Positions 52,233 to 62,645 are shown, counted from the first letter of the stretch. The stretch: DNA of 64,000 nt from Nostoc sp. (GCA_036918135.1 JBALDB010000028.1:96001-160000), one strand, 5' to 3'. Numbers and translations are program-made. Notes: generated from the sequence alone by a model not told the origin.

Positions 52233-52494
52233 GGGTAATTAAGGTTGCATTACTGGGCAGCAAGCAAGGTCGTTAATCTAAGAAATGCGAGGTGTGATTT
52301 TACACGCGTTGTACTTAATTTTCCTGTGTATTAGTAATTAATGGCAAGCAAAAGCGATTTTGGCTTGGATAGAGTTTATTTGTATCACAACGTGGGTGTA
52401 GCCTGCTGTAGGCATGTTCTATCGATGCTTCGGACATTTGCTTGCTGCTCTAGGCAAATTCTTTGACCGGAAAATATAAAGCATATACAAAGCT

Positions 52495-53072
52495 TAATAA
52501 GTATTTATCAGCAAATAATATAAAGAGTATGCAAAGATATCGCTGGGGATGACATGTAAGTAAATATTCTGTATTAACTTAGTATAGTGTTATTAGATGT
52601 TTCCTATTTCTCGGCTAAGCACTCCGAGGGCGATCGCCCATAACAAGGGGATGACAATTATTTTGCCTATCTCCTATTAAAGTTCCCTATTAAAAAAACC
52701 AAATATGAAGTGTGTATTAGGCATTCAAGCTTAATTTTTTGATGTTTTTTGAGAGATGCCGGGGTTCGATCGCGCCTGAGCTACCAATCGAGGATAATTA
52801 AAAAAAGCCTGCCTGAAACGACGGATTGTACTGAATCCACACCCTCATAAATTTCTACAGTGCTTAAGACTTAAATAGTCCTTAATAGTTGGATAAGTAC
52901 TACAACAGCACTAGTTAAAAGCTGAATCTTCACAGAAAAATTCTAAACCCTCAAGGGGGAGATTTAACTGTGTCGAAAGCATCTACTTTCGGCTAATTTT
53001 TGTGTTCTCAAACACTAACAGTAACTTGAGAACTGAAATTACTTCAAAAATTTATTCAGGTAGGAAAAAGTA
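52495..53072 (+). promoter_or_regulatory. Conserved upstream leader of RTX gene 3
   Basis: Homologous to 46540-47130; hairpin at 52972-52993. Confidence 0.65.
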
Positions 53073-55466
53073 ATGGCAAATATCATTGGAACGAACGCAA
53101 ACGATACTTTACTGGGCACCAACAGCGCAGACACAATTAACGGTAAAGCTGGCAACGATATCATCACAGCAAATCAGGGCAATGACACCTTAACTGGTGG
53201 TGGTGGTAAGGATATATTTGTTTACAACTTTGGTGACGGCACTGATACAATCACTGATTTCGGTGGTGTGGGTGAAGGCACAAATCCCTCAGCAGCAGTC
53301 ATTGCCGAAGTGGATACCATTAAATTTGAAGACTTCACAGCCAGAAATATGCTGCTCACCCAGAATGGCAGCAATCTGGAAATCACGTTTGAAGGAGTAG
53401 ATGATACAAAAGTCATCCTACAAAACTTTAAATTAGAAAACTTGGAGAACCTGAAAGCTTCTGGAACAAAACCAGCTATCGGCAATATTCTATTTTCTAA
53501 CCAAACTAGTATCACGGACAGTTTTAATGTTCTCGATGCCAACTCGACAGAAACTAGCCTGGGTATCAAGAACATGGTCACTTTTCTTAATGACCTCGAC
53601 AATAATATTACGGGTTTAGATAACTCAGATGATGTTGTCAATGGTCAAGGGGGCAATGACAAAATCGACGGCAAGAGTGGTAACGACCTTTTGAGGGGTG
53701 GTATCGGCAATGATACTCTCATTGGTGGTGTAGGCAATGATACTCTCATTGGCGGTGCAGGCAATAACACCCTCAAGGGTAATGCTGGTGACGATTACTT
53801 GAGTGCTGACTTTTTAATAGGCAATAATCTGTTGGATGGTGGCGATGACAATGATTCTCTGTTTGCGTCTGGAAACCAGTATTTACGTACTGTTGCGTCA
53901 GGCAATAATACCCTTAAGGGTGGTGCTGGTGACGATTTATTGAATGCAGACATCTCAACAGGCGATAATTTCCTAGATGGAGGGAATGGTAATGATAGTC
54001 TCTCCGCTCAAGGCGACTACTATTTTGACGAAGGTAGATATTTACAGCTCTATTTTGCCTCAGGCAACAACACTCTCAAAGGCGGTGCTGGTGACGATAG
54101 ATTGAATGTTGACATTTCAACAGGCGATAATCTACTCTATGGGGGCGTTGGTGACGATTTCTTGACTGCTAGAGATTCAACAGGCGATAACCTACTCTCT
54201 GGGCAGGATGGCAATGATGCACTCATCCTTTCTAGCTCATATCTTGATGGGGTGTCTGGTAATAATACCCTCAAAGGTGGTGCTGGTGATGATGACTTAG
54301 AAGTGACAAATATAACAGGTAATAACCTACTAGATGGTGGCAATGGGAATGACACTTTTATTTTAGAGCAATTGTCTACTGTCGTTTCCTCCTCAGTAAC
54401 TCAAACGGTAGATGGAGGAACAGGTAACGACGATGTTTTGTACATCAATTTCTACTATGGCGATCCTAGTGAGGCAATTACATCTACTTTCAATGCCAGT
54501 ACTAACACTGGCTCAATTACGGTGGGTACAAATCAGGTTAACTACAGTAATATCGAACGATTAGGTATTAGAGGTACATACGACGACGACAATATTGTCG
54601 GGACTAATGGTAACGATACACTCTACGGTGGCAGTAACGGCAATGATACGATTATTGGTGGTAAAGGTAATGATTACTTGGATCTCGACGCTTCAACAGG
54701 TAATAACCTGCTCTCTGGAGACGATGGCAATGATTCTCTGTTTGCCGATGGCATCTTGAGATACTACCGCGAAGATTTGCTGTCTGCCGATGCTATCTCT
54801 GGTAATAACACCCTCAACGGTGGTAGTGGTAATGATATTTTAAATGCTAACTTTTCATCAGGTAATAACCTGCTCTCTGGAGGTGATGGCAATGATTCTT
54901 TATTTGCCTGTGCCGAGTTCGACGACACCAGCAACGGCAGATATGACTCCTCCGGTAATAACACTCTTAATGGTGGTGCTGGTGACGATTACTTGGATGT
55001 TAGCTACTCATCAGGCGATAATCTACTCGATGGTGGCGATGATAATGATATTCTCACAGCCTTTGATGCCACTGGTAAAAATATCCTCAAAGGTGGTAAT
55101 GGCAACGATATCCTCACAGGCGGCAAAGGTAATGATAGCCTCTATGGAGGAAGTGGTACTGATACCTTTGTTTTCAATAATTTCAATCAAGGTGTTGACA
55201 GAATTTATGACTTCAATGCCACTAATGAACTGATTCAGGTATCGGCTGCTGGTTTTGGTGGTGATTTATCACCAAGTTCACTTGAGACAAGTCAGTTTAC
55301 AATCGGAGCATCTGCAACCACAACTAGTCAGCGATTTATTTATAACTCCACTACAGGTGCATTATTCTTTGACTCTGATGGCAGTGCGGGTGCATTTACT
55401 CAAGTACAATTTGCACAACTTACTGCTGGGTTGTCATTAACCAACAATAATTTTGTAATTGTTTAA
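53073..55466 (+). CDS. RTX calcium-binding repeat protein 3
   Basis: Same architecture plus an internal non-RTX insert (TQTVDGG...YSNIERL). Confidence 0.93.
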   Translation: MANIIGTNANDTLLGTNSADTINGKAGNDIITANQGNDTLTGGGGKDIFVYNFGDGTDTITDFGGVGEGTNPSAAVIAEVDTIKFEDFTARNMLLTQNGSNLEITFEGVDDTKVILQNFKLENLENLKASGTKPAIGNILFSNQTSITDSFNVLDANSTETSLGIKNMVTFLNDLDNNITGLDNSDDVVNGQGGNDKIDGKSGNDLLRGGIGNDTLIGGVGNDTLIGGAGNNTLKGNAGDDYLSADFLIGNNLLDGGDDNDSLFASGNQYLRTVASGNNTLKGGAGDDLLNADISTGDNFLDGGNGNDSLSAQGDYYFDEGRYLQLYFASGNNTLKGGAGDDRLNVDISTGDNLLYGGVGDDFLTARDSTGDNLLSGQDGNDALILSSSYLDGVSGNNTLKGGAGDDDLEVTNITGNNLLDGGNGNDTFILEQLSTVVSSSVTQTVDGGTGNDDVLYINFYYGDPSEAITSTFNASTNTGSITVGTNQVNYSNIERLGIRGTYDDDNIVGTNGNDTLYGGSNGNDTIIGGKGNDYLDLDASTGNNLLSGDDGNDSLFADGILRYYREDLLSADAISGNNTLNGGSGNDILNANFSSGNNLLSGGDGNDSLFACAEFDDTSNGRYDSSGNNTLNGGAGDDYLDVSYSSGDNLLDGGDDNDILTAFDATGKNILKGGNGNDILTGGKGNDSLYGGSGTDTFVFNNFNQGVDRIYDFNATNELIQVSAAGFGGDLSPSSLETSQFTIGASATTTSQRFIYNSTTGALFFDSDGSAGAFTQVQFAQLTAGLSLTNNNFVIV

Positions 55467-55516
55467 TTGTGCTTAATACTCTATCACTCTAAGCAGAGAA
55501 AATAGAAAAATTTTGG

Positions 55517-55548
55517 AATGCGAAGTGTCTAGAGTAGCACTTCGCATT
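55517..55548. terminator. Hairpin between convergent genes
   Basis: AATGCGAAGTG-TCTAGAGTAG-CACTTCGCATT, perfect 11-bp stem. Confidence 0.7.
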
Positions 55549-55594
55549 AAATACCATAATAATCTCCATGACAGAACTCGAACAGTCGCCAGCG

Positions 55595-56130
55595 TCAAAA
55601 CTCCCAGGAAATCGTGCCTTGTACGGTAAACGGCGCACTAGGGTTAACAGTGGTTCTAGTTCGGCTAGCTTCAATGTAGTTAACATTAAAAAGATTCTTG
55701 AAGTTAAGACCAAGCCTTAAGTTATTTCGCTGATAAAAAATACTGGCATCAGTCCGCAAGTAGCTATCTGTTTCAAAGGAATTAGCCAGATCCCCCTCAC
55801 GTTCGCCCACGTAGAACAAACCCAAGCCAAAGCCTAGCCCTTTCAATCTCCCGGTTTGCAGTTCATAGGTTGTCCACAAGCTTGCAAAGTTAAATGGCAC
55901 GTTGAAAAGTCGGTTTCCTTGTTGTCCATCGTTACTTTGCGTGACTTTGGCATCGGTGTAGGCATAAGAGGCGATAATATTCCAGCCTGGAAGAATGGAG
56001 CCTGCGACATCCAACTCAATGCCGCGACTTCTCTGCTCTCCGACTGGGATGACAAAATTTGTATTGTTAGGATCGGTCGTGGCGACATTGCTCTTGGTAA
56101 TTTCGTATGCCGCTAGGGTTGCTGTCAACT
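55595..56130 (-). pseudogene. TonB-dependent siderophore receptor, C-terminal fragment
   Basis: GEQRSRGIELD, ASYAYTDA, SLWTTYE, NFKNLFN..Y, terminal ISWEF; the 5' side abuts the IS end. Confidence 0.9.
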
Positions 56131-56132
56131 TA

Positions 56133-57206
56133 CAGCGTTTTTCAATTGAATAGACCACAAATTTAGTAAACTAAAGAGGCAGCAAAAATACTCATAGTTA
56201 TGCCGGCTCCCTACTCAACTGATTTACGCCAACGTGTGATAGATGCTTATGAAGCCGAAAGTTGCGGTCGCAACGCCAACTGGCTGAACGCTTTAAAGTG
56301 AGCTACACGCTTCATTAAAAGGTTAATTCGTCGCTATGGAGACACCGGACAGGTGACACCTTTACCTCATGGAGGTGGTGCGTTAGCGTAGCTCGCCGTT
56401 CGCGTAGCGTCTCGCAGAGAAGGCATCGCTAAAATCAGGACTAGTAGTTTAGCAGTAGTTGAGCAGTTAGTTGATCGGCAACCAGATGCAATACTTGAAG
56501 AATTATGCTCTGGTTTTGCAGCCAAAAGTGGTGTCCAAGTCAGTGTTGCGACTATGCACGCCCGCAGTTCAAAGGTTGAATTTGACTACTAAAAAAAACA
56601 CTATATGCTAGCGAGCAAGACAGTCCAAGAGTTAATCAAATGCGTTTTGATTATCGAGATTGGGTTTTGGGTATAGACCCAGATAATTTGGTATTTGTAG
56701 ATGAATCCGGTTTGAAGTTGGGAATGACGCGACTGTACGGACGTGCAAAAATTGGTGAGCGACTACATGATTCATGTCCTCGCAATCGAGGACAAAATAT
56801 ATCTTTCATAGGAGCTTTAAGTTTGGATGGGCTGATTGCCACTATGAGTATTTCAGGTAGTGTCAATACAGATGTATTTATAACTTACGTGCGAGAAATT
56901 CTAGCACCACAGTTATGGACTGGAGCAATTGTGGTCATGGATAACTTATCAGTACATACTGCTGCGGTGATTCGAGACTCAATTGAAGCAGTTGGCGCAC
57001 GTCTTGTGTTTTTGCCTCCTTACTCACCTGATTTATCTCCGATTGAATTATGTTGGTCAAAACTAAAGCAGTGTTTGCGAACGGCAAAAGTTACAACCCA
57101 TGAAGCACTAAATCAAGTTTTAACTCAGATTGTGAATGAGCAAATCTCCCCTGACGATGCTTGGAGTTGGTTTGCCCACTGTAGTCTATTCATCTGAAAA
57201 CTGCTG
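56133..57206 (+). mobile_element. IS630-family insertion sequence, degenerate
   Basis: Imperfect TIRs CAGCGTTTTTCAATTGAATAGACCACA and TGTAGTCTATTCATCTGAAAACTGCTG, with TA on both sides. orfA starts at 56200 (MPAPYSTDLRQRVIDAY) and is disrupted; an A-run lies at ~56591. Confidence 0.92.
56640..57197 (+). CDS. IS630 transposase DDE domain (orfB part)
   Basis: FVDESG, VVMDNLSVH, FLPPYSPDLSPIELCWSKLK. Confidence 0.88.
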   Translation: MRFDYRDWVLGIDPDNLVFVDESGLKLGMTRLYGRAKIGERLHDSCPRNRGQNISFIGALSLDGLIATMSISGSVNTDVFITYVREILAPQLWTGAIVVMDNLSVHTAAVIRDSIEAVGARLVFLPPYSPDLSPIELCWSKLKQCLRTAKVTTHEALNQVLTQIVNEQISPDDAWSWFAHCSLFI

Positions 57207-57208
57207 TA

Positions 57209-57986
57209 ATCCTACTTGCCTTGCTAGTTGCATTAATGATGGTGGATTGTCAAGATTTCCTAGCAAAGTGTCTCTTGCATGGTGAATGCGATTGACATCA
57301 TCTGGCTTTAGCACAGTGGGATTCTGCTTACCCTCTTTTAGTTCCAACTCCTCTTCTAACAGCAGCGTCATTAATTCTAGCGTTTTGCTCTCCAGATACA
57401 TCCGCTTGGTCATTCCGTGGTAAGGACAGCGCAGTATTTGCTGTACAATTTCTTGCATTGCTGGTGCGATCGCTCCACGACGGATATATCTTTCTTGCGT
57501 TGGTTTCCTGACTAGATATTTTAGCTGTGGGGAAACTTCTCCTTCGACATTGCCTGTAAAGGAACGAAATAGCTCTGGTAACATCCAAATGTCTACTCGC
57601 AGATACCGTTCCCCTGCTGAACTTGCACTAACTGCACTCGGATATGCACTATCTCCCGACAACAAGTATTGTCCCCTGTTCCAGGTAAAATGATTCTTTG
57701 TATGCACATCCCAACCTTCACCACCTCCTGAAATACAGAAGCCATAAATTATAATACGGCCTTCACGTTCAGGGACTTTAATAATTAGGCGCTCATGAAG
57801 TTGATAATTACTAATTAATAATCCTAATCCCTCTCGCAATTGAATATTTCGGCAATATCCTTTACCAAACTGAGATGGATATTGCCAAACAATATCAAAC
57901 TCATCTGAGGGGTCGTAGCGTTGCTTAGTTGGTTCATCTTCAAAAAAGATTTCCCAGAAGTAATTGCGCGAAATGGAGATGGTCAT
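57209..57986 (-). pseudogene. AraC-family regulator truncated within the HTH by the IS
   Basis: MTISISRN start, IQLREGL, CPYHGMTKRMYLESKTLEL, PPSLMQLARQVGL, then directly into the IS end. Confidence 0.88.
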
Positions 57987-58004
57987 TTTGGGACTGAGCG
58001 ATCG

Positions 58005-58032
58005 TTGCAATACTTGCAATAGTTTCTCATAA
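58005..58032 (-). promoter_or_regulatory. Possible Fur-type operator upstream of the AraC gene
   Basis: Minus strand TTATGAGAAACTATTGCAAGTATTGCAA, an AT-rich imperfect inverted repeat about 20 bp upstream of an iron-uptake locus. Confidence 0.35.
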
Positions 58033-58169
58033 AAGTTTGGTGTGAAGCGATGTCTATTGACAAGCCCTACCCTTCCCTCGCTATCGCGCACCTTCCCCGA
58101 TGCCTTGGGGAGGGTTAGGGAGGGGTAACGTGACAATTATACACAATTTACCAGACATCATATAACAAA

Positions 58170-58551
58170 TCATGGTGAAATTACTCGTATAATCTAGTTC
58201 TTTCCAAAGCTAATTAAGAATGAAGAGAAAAATGAAAAAGCTTTAGCTATTGTCGAAGAACTGATGCATCGTCCTAATCGTAGCCATGAAGAAAATGAAC
58301 TTTAGAAACTACTAATTACTTTAATTGCAAAGTTTGAGCAAAAATACTATTCACCAGGGAGAGAATCTACACCTCATGGCATATTACTTTTTTTGATGGA
58401 GCAAAAGAACATCGAATAGCCTGATTTAGTAAGTATTTTGGGTAGGTAAAAATATTGTATTCTAAATTATGATTGGATAAGGAAAAATTAGTAAATCCCA
58501 AGCAAAGGTTTTAGGAGATTTTTTCAAGTTGACCCTGATATGTTTATTTGA
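58170..58551 (+). pseudogene. HigA-like HTH antitoxin/regulator remnant
   Basis: Manual translation FPKLIKNEEKNEKALAIVEELMHRPNRSHEENEL*KLLITLIAKFEQKYYSPGRESTPHGILLFLMEQKNIE*PDLVSILG...ISKSQAKVLGDFF, with in-frame stops. Confidence 0.75.
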
Positions 58552-58883
58552 TGGTTAATAGAGCCTATGAATAGCAAATGTAACGATCGCATATATTTTC
58601 ATCCTCTTAATGGTTGAAGATTTGGTAGTAATTTGGTATATTTTTTATATCCTAAGCTTTGGACTAAATCTGCATATAGTAGTAATTTATTACACTTCAT
58701 AAACTTAGGTATTATTGAGCAATGCTAGAGGGAAAATTGCTTCTAGCTTTTTAAGATTAATATTGCTCGGATACTTTGAAAGGTTGAATTAAGTCTCTTG
58801 AATGCCGTCCAGAAGTAAACTGACTACTCCCTGAGCTACTTATATCAGAGGGCTAAGATGCAGTGCTTCAGATGATATCGCTA

Positions 58884-58912
58884 GCGATGTCTACGACGGG
58901 CTACGCCTACGC
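58884..58912. repeat. 21-nt small dispersed repeat inserted in a HIP1 site
   Basis: GCGAT + GTCTACGACGGGCTACGCCTA + CGC. Confidence 0.8.
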
Positions 58913-58981
58913 GTCAAATTGGATGGAAAAACCAGTCAGACTTAGGTTGTACTTTTGCTGTGGTACTTTTTGGAGGAGTTT

Positions 58982-60046
58982 GTGAATCAGAAAATATCGA
59001 GAAGAGAGTTTGCCACGCTAGCAGGGTCAGGGGTGGTGGCGATCGCTTTAGGTAGCCCACTTCTGGTAAAGTCAGCAGGGGCTGTATCCACACCTGATAC
59101 CCAGATGAAAGCTGTGCTAGATGAACTTGCCTCTTTTAACGCACCGCCGATTGAGAAATTGTCACCCATGAATGCTCGCAACAACCCGACTGTAGCAGAT
59201 GCAGTTATGGGCGTGCTTGCCAAACGTCGCAAATCTGCGGTGGAAATAATCGGGGATATCAACCATCAACTGATACCAGGGCCAGGGGGCGATCTTCTAG
59301 CGCGTATTTATTTACCAAAGGGAAAGGGGCCTTTCCCGGTGCTGGTCTACTTCCACGGCGGTGGCTGGGTAATCGCCAATTTAGATACCTATGATTCATC
59401 GTGCCGCGCTTTGACCAATGCAGCTAACTGTATTGTTGTATCTGTCGCCTATCGCCAAGCCCCAGAACATAAGTTTCCCGCAGCGGCGGAAGATGCTTAT
59501 GCTGCAACTCAATGGGTTATAGCCAATGCTGCCCGAATCAACGGCGACCCCAAGCGGGTTGCAGTCGGCGGTGAGAGCGCAGGTGGTAATTTGGCGGCTG
59601 TCACCTGCTTAATGGCGCGTGACAGAGGTGGCAAGATACCTGTGCATCAGATGTTAATCTATCCTATTACCAATTACGCCTTTGACACACCCTCCTACCA
59701 GGAGAATGCTAACGCCAAGCCGCTCAACAAAGCGATGATGGTCTGGTTCTGGAGCCAATATCTAAACAGTCAGTCTGACGGGAGTAATCCCTATGCTTCA
59801 CCACTGCGAGCAGAAAACCTACGCGGTCTGCCACCTGCGACGGTGATTATGGCAGAAATTGACCCACTGCGTAGTGAAGGAGAAGCCTATGCCAAGCGTT
59901 TGCGTGAGGCGGGTTCCTCTGTAAAGGCAATCAACTATAACGGCGTGACTCATGAATTTTTTGGCACCGGAGCAGTGGTAGATAAGGGTAAACAGGCGGT
60001 TAGGGAGGCAGCAGCCGGACTGCGCTCTGGATTTATGGGTAAGTAA
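58982..60046 (+). CDS. Tat-exported alpha/beta hydrolase (HSL-family esterase/lipase)
   Basis: SRREF twin-arginine signal, YFHGGGW, GESAGG, DPLRSEG, HEFF; GTG start after GGAGG. Confidence 0.92.
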   Translation: MNQKISRREFATLAGSGVVAIALGSPLLVKSAGAVSTPDTQMKAVLDELASFNAPPIEKLSPMNARNNPTVADAVMGVLAKRRKSAVEIIGDINHQLIPGPGGDLLARIYLPKGKGPFPVLVYFHGGGWVIANLDTYDSSCRALTNAANCIVVSVAYRQAPEHKFPAAAEDAYAATQWVIANAARINGDPKRVAVGGESAGGNLAAVTCLMARDRGGKIPVHQMLIYPITNYAFDTPSYQENANAKPLNKAMMVWFWSQYLNSQSDGSNPYASPLRAENLRGLPPATVIMAEIDPLRSEGEAYAKRLREAGSSVKAINYNGVTHEFFGTGAVVDKGKQAVREAAAGLRSGFMGK

Positions 60047-60277
60047 TCCACTTCGCAACTAGCAAATGAGACACGCACCCCTTCTCTCCGTCTGGAGTGA
60101 GAGGAACTATTGTACTATCTTGTTTAAGATAGTAGAATCGCTTTTAGTGACTTGCCCAAAAAGGAATGAGGAGCGGCAACAACCTATCCCAGCAGACTTA
60201 TTTACCTGCTAAACAAAATTAAATAACACACTACGCAGATTAATTTAACTGTTAAATAGCACTTCACAGCACCTAAC

Positions 60278-62395
60278 ATGACTGAACACAATCCGATCGA
60301 CGAGCAAAGCAAACAGAAGGCTCTAGACTCCTCTCGTCAAGAAGCTGGGGAATATTTGACCACCAATCAGGGAGTGCGGATTAACAACACAAATGATTCG
60401 CTCAAAGCTGGTGAGCGTGGCCCCACATTGGTAGAAGACTTTCACTTCCGCGAGAAACTGGCACACTTTGACCGAGAGCGCATTCCAGAGCGGGTGGTTC
60501 ATGCGCGAGGAGCAGGTGTTCATGGGTACTTCCAGCCTTATGAATCCCTGGCAGAATATACGAAGGCAAAATTTCTCCAAGATCCCTCGGTTAAAACTCC
60601 GGTCTTCGTTCGATTTTCTACGGTTGCCGGGTTCCGGGGTTCAGCTGATACTGCCCGCGATGTACGTGGATTTGCTGTTAGGTTCTACACAGAAGATGGC
60701 AACTACGATATAGTTGGCAACAATATTCCGGTATTTTTTATCCAAGATGCGATCAAGTTTCCTGACTTGATTCATGCTGTGAAACCCGAACCGCACAACG
60801 AGATACCCCAAGCGGGAACCGCTCATGATAACTTCTGGGACTTTATCTCGCTCGTGCCGGAATCGATGCACATGATTATGTGGATACTGTCGGATCGCAC
60901 CCTTCCCAGAAGTTACCGGATGATGCAAGGATTTGGGATTCACACTTTCCGCTTTGTCAACGAACAAGGCAAAGCCAGGTTTGTGAAATTTCACTGGAAG
61001 CCGATTCTAGGCGTGCATTCGATAGTATGGGATGAAGCGCAAAAAGCAGGCGGAAAAGACCCTGATTTCCATCGCCGCGATTTAGGGGATGCGATCGAAA
61101 TGGGCGACTATCCAGAATTTGAACTTGGGGTGCAGATTGTTGAGGAAGAGGACGAATTTAAGTTTGATTTCGATATCCTTGATTCCACCAAGCTGATTCC
61201 CGAAGAATTGGTTCCGGTGAAGCCAATCGGCAAGATGGTACTCAACCGCAACCCAGACAACTACTTTGCCGAAACCGAACAAGTTGCCTTTCAACCTGCC
61301 AATGTTGTACCAGGCATCGATTTCTCGGATGACCCACTGCTGCAAGGTCGGATCTTCTCCTACGCTGATACGCAAGTACACCGTTTGGGAAGCGCAAATT
61401 ATACTGATTTACCAATTAACCGCCCTGTTTGTCCGTTCCATAATAACCAACGGGACGGGGTTATGCAGTACAACATTCCCACTTCAAAGGTAAACTACTT
61501 CCCGAATTCCCTCGGTAATGGTTGCCCGATGAACGCTCCGGAAAATCTTGGCGGCTTTGTCAGCTATAAGGAGCAGGTGGGAGGTCATAAAATTCGAGAA
61601 CGCAGCCCCAGTTTCCAAGACCACTTCAGTCAGGCAACTTTATTCTGGAACAGTTTATCTGAACCGGAGAAAGAACACTTAGTCAAAGCGGTACATTTTG
61701 AGTTAGGCAAAGTGATGAACCTTGCTGTCAAAGAGCGGATGCTAGAGTTATTTAACTCTGTCGATCGTCAACTGGTAACTCGCATTGCTGAGGGATTGGG
61801 CTTACCTGCTCCTACAGAAGTAAAACCAAATCATGGGCAGAAATCTCCGGCGCTCAGTATCCAAACTATGCTAGAGAAGATGCCAGAAAAAACGATTAAG
61901 AGTCGCAAGATTGCAATTCTAGCGGCGGATGGTGTAAATGCTCAGGAACTTAGCACGCTTCAGCAAGCACTAATGCAAGAGGGCGCTCAGGCGAAAATTG
62001 TTGCGACTCATGGCGGTAAAATCAAAGGCGATGATGGCCAGGAAATCCCGGTTGAGATGACCTTTGATACAGCTGCTTCTGTAATGTTTGATGCGGTATA
62101 TGTACCTGGTGGAACGCAGAGTATCAAGGCACTCAAGCAAGAAGGAGAAGCAATTAACTTCATCAATGAGGCATTTAAGCACTATAAAACAATCGCTGCG
62201 ACCAGCGAAGGGGTTGAACTCCTATCGGTGGCTAATATTACAGGCGTGAAGTTATCGCAAAATGGCGCGCGCTCTGACATGGGTGTGGTGACTTCTAGTG
62301 AATCTGACTTGAAGTCTGTAGCTGATGATTTTATCAGTGCGATCGCTCAACATCGGCATTGGATGAGATTTCAAAAGGAAATGGTGCGTGCATAG
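60278..62395 (+). CDS. katE: Large-subunit heme catalase (HPII)
   Basis: FDRERIPERVVHARG, RFSTVAG, VGNNIPVFF, RIFSYADTQ, and a C-terminal DJ-1/PfpI-like domain. Confidence 0.96.
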   Translation: MTEHNPIDEQSKQKALDSSRQEAGEYLTTNQGVRINNTNDSLKAGERGPTLVEDFHFREKLAHFDRERIPERVVHARGAGVHGYFQPYESLAEYTKAKFLQDPSVKTPVFVRFSTVAGFRGSADTARDVRGFAVRFYTEDGNYDIVGNNIPVFFIQDAIKFPDLIHAVKPEPHNEIPQAGTAHDNFWDFISLVPESMHMIMWILSDRTLPRSYRMMQGFGIHTFRFVNEQGKARFVKFHWKPILGVHSIVWDEAQKAGGKDPDFHRRDLGDAIEMGDYPEFELGVQIVEEEDEFKFDFDILDSTKLIPEELVPVKPIGKMVLNRNPDNYFAETEQVAFQPANVVPGIDFSDDPLLQGRIFSYADTQVHRLGSANYTDLPINRPVCPFHNNQRDGVMQYNIPTSKVNYFPNSLGNGCPMNAPENLGGFVSYKEQVGGHKIRERSPSFQDHFSQATLFWNSLSEPEKEHLVKAVHFELGKVMNLAVKERMLELFNSVDRQLVTRIAEGLGLPAPTEVKPNHGQKSPALSIQTMLEKMPEKTIKSRKIAILAADGVNAQELSTLQQALMQEGAQAKIVATHGGKIKGDDGQEIPVEMTFDTAASVMFDAVYVPGGTQSIKALKQEGEAINFINEAFKHYKTIAATSEGVELLSVANITGVKLSQNGARSDMGVVTSSESDLKSVADDFISAIAQHRHWMRFQKEMVRA

Positions 62396-62523
62396 GTAGT
62401 TTATAACAGAAGCTATGTAGAAAAAACTACACTTTCATCCACATTTTACAAGCGATCGCACTAAATGGCAGTTTATGCGCTCGCTTTTCATATAATGTCC
62501 GGAAAGTGACACAAGATGGATAA

Positions 62524-62629
62524 TATAGCCGTAGTCACACTCTTTAAGACACAAGGATGGGGTGAATGCTAGAGTTAGCAATAGTTTTACCTCCTGCCTT
62601 TGCGCTAAAGCCTCCTGCCTCCTGCTATA
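62524..62629. mobile_element. MITE-like element, copy 2
   Basis: TATAGC...GCTATA termini; similar to 29851-29953. Confidence 0.7.
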
Positions 62630-62645
62630 AGCAATCGCACCTTTT

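Noticed and set aside
52755..52786. tRNA-like 3' end (GGTTCGATC...ACCA)
   Set aside because: The T-stem does not pair, there is no cloverleaf, and the match is centred on a HIP1-like CGATCGC.
47131..55466. Diversity-generating retroelement behind the RTX variation
   Set aside because: No reverse transcriptase, and the differences are not adenine-specific template/variable pairs but include length changes.
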